Below, piece after piece: positions 56,182-64,000 of a stretch of 64,000 nucleotides of DNA. The notes beneath the pieces are model-generated. The model was given only the letters and a program-made list of their open reading frames with translations, made no database searches and was not told the origin of the DNA. The translations under genes were made by a program, and so were the position numbers. Origin of the DNA: an uncultured Bdellovibrionales bacterium (GTDB lineage Bacteria > Patescibacteriota > Minisyncoccia > Moranbacterales > UBA9337); NCBI GenBank assembly GCA_964605525.1, contig CAZSCV010000001.1, positions 82,424-146,423 of the forward strand, written 5' to 3'. Within the stretch, counting starts at the first letter, position 1. The number at the start of each line of letters is the position of its first letter.

Positions 56182-57323
56182 CTATATTTACCAACAATTA
56201 CCTTCCCAATCCATACGGCGTGTCCGGTTCGATTGAGAGTTTTCGGAGGGAATTTGAGAAGATGGGGCACACGGTATATATTTTTGCTCCCGCATGGAAA
56301 GGATATGAGGATGAAAATCCGAACGTTTTTCGGTATCCTTCTTTGGATATTGTCATAAAATTTCGTTTTCCGCTTCCGATTCCATATTCCCGCAAGATGG
56401 ACAAAATTATTGCGGAATTGGATTTGGATATTATCCACTGCCAGCATCCCAATCTTCTTGGATCGGCGGCGAGTAAATGGGCGCGTAAAAAAAATATTCC
56501 TTTGATTTTCACTTGGCACACTCTGTATGATCAATATACAAACTTTGTTCCTTTTGTGCCAAAGAAAATGGCGGCGAATTGGATAATCAAAAAAGCGGCA
56601 AAATATGCCAATCAGGCGGATGCGGTGGTTGTTCCTACTCTTTCAGTGAAAAATATTATTCAAAAATGGGGAGTTTCCAATGAAAATATTTTTCCGATTT
56701 CAACCGGGGTGGATGAAAAGGATTTTGAAGGTGCCGACGGAGAGAGTATTCGAAAAAAATACAATATTGGCAAGAATGAAATTTTATTGCTTTTGGTTTC
56801 TCGATTGACGGAGGAAAAAAATGTGCAATTTTTACTTGAAGCGATGTTTGAGGTTTTGAAAAAAAAGAGTAATGCGAAGTTTTTGATTGCCGGAGGCGGG
56901 TATTTGCAAAAAGTTTTGGAAGAAAAAAGCAGAGATGAAAAATTGAACAGTAGAATATTTTTTGCCGGAGAAGTCGGTCGCGATCAAGTGAAGAATTTTT
57001 ATGCCGGAGCGGATATTTTTGTGTATGCTTCCAAAAGCGAAACACAAGGAATGATTATTTCCGAGGCGATGTATTCCGGGCTTCCGGTGGTGGCGGTAAA
57101 CGCGACGGGTATTTGTGATTTGGTTATTGATGGAAAAACCGGGTTATTGGTATCGGAAAATAAGGATGAATTTGCAAACGCAGTGAGCCGTTTGATCGAT
57201 GATGAAAATAAAAGAAAATTGTTTGGTGAAAATTCCAAAAAAGTATCTATGGAAAATTATACTTCAAAAGTTTGCGCAAAAAAAATGATTGAGTTGTATG
57301 AAAGGATAAAGACAAAAAAATAA
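56172..57323 (+). CDS. GT4 glycosyltransferase (diacylglycerol glucosyltransferase-like)
   Basis: MRIAIFT..Y.P..GV, TWHTLY, RL..EKN, ETQG...EAM. Confidence 0.9.
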   Translation: MRIAIFTNNYLPNPYGVSGSIESFRREFEKMGHTVYIFAPAWKGYEDENPNVFRYPSLDIVIKFRFPLPIPYSRKMDKIIAELDLDIIHCQHPNLLGSAASKWARKKNIPLIFTWHTLYDQYTNFVPFVPKKMAANWIIKKAAKYANQADAVVVPTLSVKNIIQKWGVSNENIFPISTGVDEKDFEGADGESIRKKYNIGKNEILLLLVSRLTEEKNVQFLLEAMFEVLKKKSNAKFLIAGGGYLQKVLEEKSRDEKLNSRIFFAGEVGRDQVKNFYAGADIFVYASKSETQGMIISEAMYSGLPVVAVNATGICDLVIDGKTGLLVSENKDEFANAVSRLIDDENKRKLFGENSKKVSMENYTSKVCAKKMIELYERIKTKK

Positions 57324-57462
57324 TAAAATATTTTTCTTGCAAGTGTCCCTTTTGTGTCGCACGACACTTTTTTGTTAATATCCGGTTGGTTATGAAAAGA
57401 AGAATTTATTTTAACTACACAAAGACAGTGCAAGAAAAATATTTTATTATTTTTTTGTCTTT
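57308..57462. repeat. MITE-like long inverted-repeat element, copy 2
   Basis: 34-bp perfect inverted repeat AAAGACAAAAAAATAATAAAATATTTTTCTTGCA. Confidence 0.8.
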
Positions 57463-57554
57463 TTAAAAATTTCAAATAAAAAAAAGCGCCCCTTCACTTT
57501 ATTCGATGCGCTGTCGAACAAGATCAGGGGCTAGGGGCGGGGGAGGAGTTATGT

Positions 57555-57728
57555 TCAATGAGTTGTTTTTTCCAAAAATTTTTTAAAAGTATTTCCGATG
57601 GTACCATCGGAAAACTTTATTTTTACCCTTTTTTCCCCTTGGCAGTTACCAAGGGTATCGAGTATAATAACAACCTCTCCATGAAGGTTATCATTTGGAT
57701 GTTCTTCAGAAATTTCATATTTTTTCAT
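57555..57728 (-). CDS. Small hypothetical protein (57 aa, absent from ORF track)
   Basis: AAGGGGAG RBS; MKKYEISEEHPNDNLHGEVVIILDTLGNCQGEKRVKIKFSDGTIGNTFKKFLEKTTH, SH3-like strand pattern. Confidence 0.5.
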   Translation of the reverse strand: MKKYEISEEHPNDNLHGEVVIILDTLGNCQGEKRVKIKFSDGTIGNTFKKFLEKTTH

Positions 57729-57828
57729 ATTTTTTTTCTCCCCTTACTTCTTTGTATATTTTTTCAAAAAACTCCCCTCGTTCCCATGCGTCGATTTTTA
57801 CGCAGAATTTGATTTTTGTCAAGGATTT

Positions 57829-59982
57829 TTACTCCAAATGTACGTTTTTCTTGAATTTTTCCAGTTCTTTTTGGAGGAGTGGATGGTTTTCCAACTTGGG
57901 ATCATTTTTGAGCAGATCGAGCGCTTCTTGGCGGGAAATTTCAATCAGTTTGATGTTTCCCAAGTTTTCCATCGTGATGTCGGGCAATCCCGATTGGCGC
58001 GAGCCCAGAAATTCTCCCGGACCGCGAAGTTTCAGATCCTTTTCTGCGATATCAAACCCGCTGGAATATTTTTCCATAGTTTTTAATCTAGCGTTAGACG
58101 ATGCGCCGAAAAGAAAGCAATATGATTGATATTCGCCACGTCCCACGCGTCCGCGAAATTGGTGAAGCTGAGAAAGTCCGAAACGGTCGGCATCCTCGAT
58201 AATCATAATCGTGGCATTGGAAATATCCACTCCAACTTCGACAACGGAAGTAGAAACCAAAATATCGTATTTTTTATTTTTGAAAGCTTGCATTGTTTCT
58301 TCTTTTTCTTTTGATTTCAATCTTCCGTGGAGCAAGCCCAATTTCAAATCGGGAAATATTTTTTCCGATAATCTTTGGTGTTCGCTCACGGCCGCTTTGA
58401 CTTCGCTCATGGCTTTGGACTGCTCTACGAGAGGCAAAATGACGAAGGCTTGTCGTCCTTGTTGGATTTGATCGCGGACAAAGTCATATATTTTTTTTCT
58501 TTCAATCGCCGGAACGACACGAGTAATGATTTCTTTTCTGTTTTTCGGCATCTCGTCTAAAAGGGAAATATCCAAATTTCCAAAAAGCGCCATAGTTAAT
58601 GTTCGAGGAATAGGCGTGGCGGTCATAGTTAACAGATGGGGTATTTTGTTCTTTACTCCATCAGATATTTCAGTTGTTTGCTGTTGGAGAAAAGCGCGCT
58701 GTCCGACACCGAACCGATGCTGTTCATCGACAATAACCAGTGCCAGTTTTCCAAATTTTACATCTTTTTGAATTAAAGCATGAGTACCTATTACTATACT
58801 CATCTTCATTTCTTTTATAAATCGAAGTAAATCATCGCGCTTTACTTTTGTAGTATTTCTGGAAAAATTTTCAATTTTCAATTTATAATTTTCAAACAAT
58901 TTTAAATTTTTAATGTCTGAATTTTTATTATGCGATATTAGTTGATAAGAGTTTGTTAATAAAGAAATATTTATATTATAATCTTTAAATATTTTGCAAA
59001 AACTTTCAAAGTGTTGGAGGGCGAGAACTTCGGTGGGCGCCATAATGGCGACCTGATGACCGGCGGAGGCAACTTTGAGGGAGGCGATGGCGGCGATGAT
59101 GGTTTTTCCGCTCCCCACATCTCCGTTAAGCAGACGATTCATCGGATGGGATTTTTCCAAATCGGCAAGAATTTTTTCGCTGGCTTTTTGCTGCGTGCCG
59201 GTAAGTTCAAATGGCAGTTCTTTAATGAATTCGCGACTGATGTTTTTTTTAGTTTTGATTGCAATCGCGCTTTCATTTTCCCATTGCGAGCGGATTTGCA
59301 ATGATTTCAATTGTAGGAGAAACATTTCAGAAAAAGCGAATCGTTTTCGAGCGATTTTGAAATGGTTTTCGGTTTTTGGGAAATGGGCAAAAATCAAAGA
59401 TTTTTTCAAGTCGTGCAGATTGAGTTTCTCCACGATTTTTTCAGGAAGTGGATCGTCAATTTCAAAATCATTTTGAAAAATATTTCCGATTTGCCAACGA
59501 ATCCATTTGGAGGTAATGCCTTCTGTTTCCGGATAAATTGGAACTAGCCGTCCGGTATGGGTAGCATCGCGCGAAGAAAATTCCCACGCCGGATTGGATA
59601 TGGACAAATTTTTTTTCCCGAGCATTATTTTTCCGCTTAGGCGTAGCTCCTTGCCTTCTTTCAATGCACTCGCCAAATAGCGCTGATTGAACCATACTGC
59701 CTGAATACTACCGCTGTCATCAGAGATGACCGCTTCAGTAAGTTGCATTTTTCTTTTTGTCCAGCTTCGACGGGCATTGACTGAAATAATTTTTCCAATA
59801 ATAGTGGCTTGTTCTCCAACGATGACTTCGGAAATTGGAACGACCTTGGAATAATCCTCATAGCGAAAAGGCAAATGAAAAACCAAATCTTTCAAAGTAA
59901 AAATGCCCAGTCTGTGAAGCGCTTTGATGTGAGAAACTCGAATCCCGGACATCTCTTCAATTTTTTGTTCCAAATCAACCAT
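57829..59982 (-). CDS. recG: ATP-dependent DNA helicase RecG
   Basis: P.RYED, wedge domain, GDVGSGKT, DEQHRFG, TATPIPRTL, QFRGRVGRG, DLKLRGPG. Confidence 0.97.
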   Translation of the reverse strand: MVDLEQKIEEMSGIRVSHIKALHRLGIFTLKDLVFHLPFRYEDYSKVVPISEVIVGEQATIIGKIISVNARRSWTKRKMQLTEAVISDDSGSIQAVWFNQRYLASALKEGKELRLSGKIMLGKKNLSISNPAWEFSSRDATHTGRLVPIYPETEGITSKWIRWQIGNIFQNDFEIDDPLPEKIVEKLNLHDLKKSLIFAHFPKTENHFKIARKRFAFSEMFLLQLKSLQIRSQWENESAIAIKTKKNISREFIKELPFELTGTQQKASEKILADLEKSHPMNRLLNGDVGSGKTIIAAIASLKVASAGHQVAIMAPTEVLALQHFESFCKIFKDYNINISLLTNSYQLISHNKNSDIKNLKLFENYKLKIENFSRNTTKVKRDDLLRFIKEMKMSIVIGTHALIQKDVKFGKLALVIVDEQHRFGVGQRAFLQQQTTEISDGVKNKIPHLLTMTATPIPRTLTMALFGNLDISLLDEMPKNRKEIITRVVPAIERKKIYDFVRDQIQQGRQAFVILPLVEQSKAMSEVKAAVSEHQRLSEKIFPDLKLGLLHGRLKSKEKEETMQAFKNKKYDILVSTSVVEVGVDISNATIMIIEDADRFGLSQLHQFRGRVGRGEYQSYCFLFGASSNARLKTMEKYSSGFDIAEKDLKLRGPGEFLGSRQSGLPDITMENLGNIKLIEISRQEALDLLKNDPKLENHPLLQKELEKFKKNVHLE

Positions 59983-60234
59983 AAATTCAGTATATAGTAT
60001 TTGGTATTTTGGATAAAGTATTTCCTGATTATTTCCCGACTATCTTTACTATTTTTTAATTTGATATTTTTAAGGATAAATAAATTTACAAAAAATTTAA
60101 TAAAATAAAATTGTCAATCAATCGCATATGCGTATATTTGACAATTTTTTTTGTTCAGATGAGTATATGTTCAATATTGCCAAGTATGGGTGGACGGGGT
60201 AGTATGAATGTAATTTAATTGATAACGGAAAAAT

Positions 60235-61020
60235 ATGATCGGAGTTTTTGATAGCGGGATTGGAGGGCTCACTGTAGTGAAAGAGATTAAAAAAGTGATG
60301 CCGGATTGTTCAATTATTTATTTTGGCGATACGGCGCGTTATCCTTGGGGAAATAAGAATGCCGAAACGGTGCAAAGATATTCTGAAGAAATTTGCATTT
60401 TTTTGATTGCGCAGGGAGTCGAGGATATTGTAATCGCTTGCAACACTGCTTCCACTTTTGCCGGAGATTATTTGCGGAAAAAATTTCCGGAAATTAATTT
60501 TTTTAATGTGATTGATCCGGTGGTGGATAGGATAAAATTGGAATTAAGCGCCAGGAAGAATAAAAATCGGGAAATCAAGGCAGGGGTTATCGGAACGCGG
60601 GGAACGATTGAAAGCGGAGTCTATGAAAAAAAAATCAAAAAGTCAAATCCGCGGACAAAAGTAATTTCACAATCTTGCCCGTTGTTTGTTTCTATTATTG
60701 AGGAAGGAATGGCAAATCATGGCGTGGCGGAAATAATTGCCAAAAATTATTTGGCAAAAATAAAAAAGGCAAAGGTTGATTTTTTAATTTTGGGATGCAC
60801 GCATTATCCGCTGTTGGAAAAAACAATCAAAAAAGTTTTGGGAAAAGTATCCCTTATCAGTTCTGCCAAAGAAGCAGCGAAAGAATTAGCAAGCAGAAAA
60901 ATTATCCATTCGAATATTCAAAGAGACGTTTTTTATTTTTCGGATACATCCAGCCATTATGACAGATTGACGCGGAAGATACTTGGAAAAAAAATAAAAG
61001 TCAATAGAAAGGTTTTGTAA
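60235..61020 (+). CDS. murI: Glutamate racemase
   Basis: FDSGIGGL, ACNTAS, LGCTHYP. Confidence 0.95.
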   Translation: MIGVFDSGIGGLTVVKEIKKVMPDCSIIYFGDTARYPWGNKNAETVQRYSEEICIFLIAQGVEDIVIACNTASTFAGDYLRKKFPEINFFNVIDPVVDRIKLELSARKNKNREIKAGVIGTRGTIESGVYEKKIKKSNPRTKVISQSCPLFVSIIEEGMANHGVAEIIAKNYLAKIKKAKVDFLILGCTHYPLLEKTIKKVLGKVSLISSAKEAAKELASRKIIHSNIQRDVFYFSDTSSHYDRLTRKILGKKIKVNRKVL

Positions 61021-61023
61021 TTT

Positions 61024-61077
61024 GTGCGCTTGGCAGGAATCCCAGTCTGCTGGTCGCCCGCTAGGGTGAGAACCTGC
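61024..61077 (-). pseudogene. Duplicated 3' end of tRNA-Arg(GCG) with 28-bp insert in the T-loop
   Basis: GTGCGCTTGGCAGGAATC[61042-61069]GAACCTGC. Confidence 0.85.
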
Positions 61078-61096
61078 TTACACTTTATCATTTTAG

Positions 61097-61169
61097 TGCG
61101 CTTAGCAGGAATCGAACCTGCGACCTTCTGGACCGCAACCAGACGCTCTATCCACTGAGCTACAAGCGC
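61097..61169 (-). tRNA. tRNA-Arg(GCG)
   Basis: TCTGG-TTGCGGT-CCAGA; complete cloverleaf. Confidence 0.93.
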
Positions 61170-61251
61170 TTTTAACATTTAAGCATACTAACATTTTAAC
61201 ATAAAAAAGCAATAGATCAGGCTATTGCTTTTTTTGGAGAATTTAGCGGAT

Positions 61252-61791
61252 TTAAATATGCAGAAGTCTTTCCAATGTGTCTACTATGCTCGGATGTTGC
61301 TTTTTTTCCGGAATAAATTGCAAAAGAACTTGTCTGGCGTCTTCGGAATCTATTTCATGAATGGGAATATGGACAAAAGGAATGAGCCATCCGTTGGTAT
61401 GCAGGCTGAGTATTCTTTGATGGGGTTCTTTGTAAAGAATCCAAAAGGATTGAATGTCATCAAATTCATAAAATTCTTTTTCTGCCATTATTCCCTCTCG
61501 AGTTATTGAATAAATACAAACGGAAGGGTCTTTTTCCAGATGGACAAATCCGACAATTCCAATCAAAATGAATGTTATTGCCATCAGCGGACTATTGGTT
61601 ATCAGGGCGTAAACAATGATTATTCCTAAAAATAAAGAAGCAAGCATGTACCATTTTCTGTCTTTTGGATAATTTTCATACTCAGGTCCTTGCCACTCAA
61701 GTAGTATTTGTTTTTTGGAATTTCCCAAATAGGAATCGTTTTCCAGCGAGGCTATTTTTTCTAATTGTTTTTTGTGTTTTAATAGATCCAT
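61252..61791 (-). CDS. Two-TM hypothetical membrane protein
   Basis: W..PEY..K..WY followed by two TM helices and a PH-like C-terminus. Confidence 0.75.
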   Translation of the reverse strand: MDLLKHKKQLEKIASLENDSYLGNSKKQILLEWQGPEYENYPKDRKWYMLASLFLGIIIVYALITNSPLMAITFILIGIVGFVHLEKDPSVCIYSITREGIMAEKEFYEFDDIQSFWILYKEPHQRILSLHTNGWLIPFVHIPIHEIDSEDARQVLLQFIPEKKQHPSIVDTLERLLHI

Positions 61792-61884
61792 TTTTTTTAC
61801 GTTTTATTTTTATTGCTTTTATTATATCCTATTTACAAATACTTTTCCAGCTGGTAGCATATAGCAAGAAATACGGAATATTTT

Positions 61885-61974
61885 GGAGAGATGGCTGAGC
61901 GGTCGAAAGCGACAGTCTTGAAAACTGTAGACCCTTCACGGGGTCCGGGGGTTCGAATCCTCCTCTCTCCGCCA
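61885..61974 (+). tRNA. tRNA-Ser(TGA)
   Basis: ACAGT-CTTGAAA-ACTGT, long variable arm, encoded CCA. Confidence 0.95.
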
Positions 61975-62049
61975 AGTTTTACATTTCAAACGATTAAAAA
62001 CAATTTCCTCAAATAGTGTGTCAAGACAAAAGAAAACAAAAAGATAGGC

Positions 62050-62088
62050 AAAAAACCGCCCAGAATATTATTCTGAAGGCGGTTTTTT
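62050..62088. terminator. Bidirectional terminator between convergent tRNA-Ser genes
   Basis: AAAAAACCGCC..GGCGGTTTTTT. Confidence 0.75.
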
Positions 62089-62169
62089 GTTTTTGGCGAA
62101 TCTCGCCTTCGCGACAATCTACGGACGGACTTCGTCACGCCGTAGCTCGCCGCTTCGGCGTAGCAAAGG

Positions 62170-62256
62170 CGGAGAGGGTGGGATTTGAACCCACGAGGGC
62201 GGTTAAACCCTGCCACGTTAGCAGTGTGGTGCTTTCGGCCACTCAGCCACCTCTCC
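62170..62256 (-). tRNA. tRNA-Ser(GCT)
   Basis: Anticodon loop CTGCTAA, long variable arm, G73. Confidence 0.92.
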
Positions 62257-62350
62257 ATGGTATTTTTTTGACAAAATAAGTCTAACATCGATTACTTTAT
62301 ATTTCAAGTGTTTGCATAAATCCACTTTACTTTGCATTCCTGAACTCTTC

Positions 62351-63088
62351 TCAATCTCCTTTTTGCCGGGCAATCACAATTCCGAAGACTTTTTTGGCTC
62401 CGGATTTTTTGAGGGTTTTGGCGCATTCAAAGAGAGTTGATCCGGTAGTAGCAATGTCGTCAACCAGAAGAATGATTTTGCCTTTTATTTCTTCTTTGCG
62501 CAAAACGGCAAAAGCATTCTGAATATTTTTTTGTCTTTCCTTGAAATTTTTTATTTTCATTTGGGGTGAAGTGTAATATTTTCGAACCAAATTATTTTCC
62601 GAAATGGGGATATCAAATCCTGGAGCTAGTTTTTTCCCCAGGTATGCCGCCAATAATTGCGATTGATTGAATCCGCGCCAACGAAGGCGCCGAGAGTGGA
62701 GAGGGACCGGAATAATAACATCCGGAAGAGGTATTTCATATTTGAAAAAAGATTTTACCAGTAATTTTCCCAATGGAATGGAGAGATTTTTCACGAAGCG
62801 GTATTTGAAATAGCCAACTGCGCGGGAGATTATTTTTTCTTTGTATGAAGTGCAAACCAACAGTCCGTCCAAGATATTTTTTCGACGGCAATCAAAACAA
62901 GTTTGCCCTGCGGGCGTGGTTGCTTTTTCGCAAACCGGACAAACTTGCTGGTTTTGAAGCTGGATTTTTTCCAAACAACGCGCGCAAATCCATTCGTCTT
63001 CTTTTCCGCACCCAATGCAACTAATTGGAAAAAGAGTATCGAAAACGAATTTTTCAATTCTTTTCTTATATCGCAATAATCTTTTCAT
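62351..63088 (-). CDS. comF: ComF family amidophosphoribosyltransferase-like competence protein
   Basis: Double zinc ribbon, PVPLH..RWRGFNQ, LVDDIATTG. Confidence 0.92.
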   Translation of the reverse strand: MKRLLRYKKRIEKFVFDTLFPISCIGCGKEDEWICARCLEKIQLQNQQVCPVCEKATTPAGQTCFDCRRKNILDGLLVCTSYKEKIISRAVGYFKYRFVKNLSIPLGKLLVKSFFKYEIPLPDVIIPVPLHSRRLRWRGFNQSQLLAAYLGKKLAPGFDIPISENNLVRKYYTSPQMKIKNFKERQKNIQNAFAVLRKEEIKGKIILLVDDIATTGSTLFECAKTLKKSGAKKVFGIVIARQKGD

Positions 63089-64000
63089 TCTCAACTTTTA
63101 ATTGAATTTTTTTATCTTTTATTTTTTCATCAAGAATTGCCTTGGCGATTTCTGTTTCGACGAATTTTTGAATATTTTTGCGAACGAAACGGGCACCTTG
63201 GTCGAAAGCGACACTTTTTTGGGAGAGCAGGTGTAGTACTGCCGGAGAATAGGAAAGAGAAATACTTTTATTTTTCAGTCTTTCTTTGAGTTTGGCGAGT
63301 TCCAATTGGACGATTTTTTTAATTTCATTTTTTCCCAGAGCGTTAAAGGAAATAATATTATCCAAGCGATTAAGAAGCTCTGGTTTCATTTGCCGTTTCA
63401 ATTCCCTCAGAGAATTTTCTTTCAATCCTTCCCACTTTTGGGCGATTTCTTGGGTATTTTTTCCAAATCCAATAGCAGAATTTTCGGAAAATTCCGCCGT
63501 TCCAGTGTTGGAAGTAAGGATGATGATGGTATTTTTGAAATTTACACTGCGTCCCTCAGAATCCGCAAGAACGCCATCTTCCAGGATTTGCAATAAAATA
63601 TTGAAAATATCCGGGTGGGCTTTTTCGATTTCATCAAAAAGAATCAAGCTGTGTGGCTGGCGGCGAACTTTTTCCGTAAGTTTTCCTCCTTCTCCAAACC
63701 CAATATATCCTGCTGGCGCTCCGAGCAATTGGGAGGCCTGATGCCGTTCCATAAATTCACTCATATCAATTCGAATCAGTGATTTCTCGCTGTTAAACAA
63801 GTTTTTTGCTAATTCTTTGGCAGTCAAAGTCTTTCCTGCCCCGGTTGGTCCGAGAAAAAGAAATGACCCTAGCGGGCGGTTTGGATCATTGATTCCGCTG
63901 TACGCGCGATAAACAACTTCTGTTATTTTTTCAATAGCTTCCGGTTGTCCAATAATGGATGAATTCAACTTTTCTTGCAAATTTTTCAGTTTTGGCGTAA
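63066..64000 (-). CDS. ClpC/ClpB-family AAA+ chaperone, C-terminal part (truncated by window)
   Basis: IGQ, FLGPTGAGKT, RIDMSEF, DEIEKAHP, PELLNRLD. Confidence 0.92.
   Translation of the reverse strand, partial: TPKLKNLQEKLNSSIIGQPEAIEKITEVVYRAYSGINDPNRPLGSFLFLGPTGAGKTLTAKELAKNLFNSEKSLIRIDMSEFMERHQASQLLGAPAGYIGFGEGGKLTEKVRRQPHSLILFDEIEKAHPDIFNILLQILEDGVLADSEGRSVNFKNTIIILTSNTGTAEFSENSAIGFGKNTQEIAQKWEGLKENSLRELKRQMKPELLNRLDNIISFNALGKNEIKKIVQLELAKLKERLKNKSISLSYSPAVLHLLSQKSVAFDQGARFVRKNIQKFVETEIAKAILDEKIKDKKIQLKVENEKIIAI

Noticed and set aside
2450-63741. Many short antisense or overlapping ORFs in the six-frame track (inside gyrA, ychF, helicase, valS, recG, clp, and over tRNAs)
   Set aside because: Shadow ORFs of real genes or tRNAs, without RBS or recognisable motifs
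1-64000. Alternative genetic code (UGA=Gly) or diversity-generating retroelement
   Set aside because: Conserved genes are full-length under code 11 and TGA is used as a stop; no reverse transcriptase or adenine-specific TR/VR pair seen

Overview
AT-rich bacterial chromosome segment in standard code 11. Gene content and style suggest a Patescibacteria/CPR (Parcubacteria, Moranbacteria-like) genome; this is inference. The backbone carries rpsO, gyrA, trpS, a PMM/PGM, ychF, a type IV pilus operon with a two-component pair, valS, tsaD, recG, murI, comF, a partial Clp ATPase and 10 tRNAs. Three features stand out. (1) A promoter-led, co-oriented cassette array at about 23.3-31.7 kb: unrelated genes (Csx3-like protein, motif-rearranged DEAH helicase, ManC, orphans, a candidate ncRNA) are separated by copies of a multi-hairpin + boxA-like repeat, and a mini-version lies at about 7.2-8.0 kb. 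(2) An ~8.2 kb serine-recombinase element, apparently integrated at the ychF start codon, that carries a lone small terminase (phage-satellite-like). (3) A ~30 bp covarying twin-hairpin micro-element found in-frame inside valS and tsaD, nested in AT-rich heptamer elements, and inside duplicated tRNA fragments that flank intact tRNA genes. All calls come from reading the sequence; no database searches were run.
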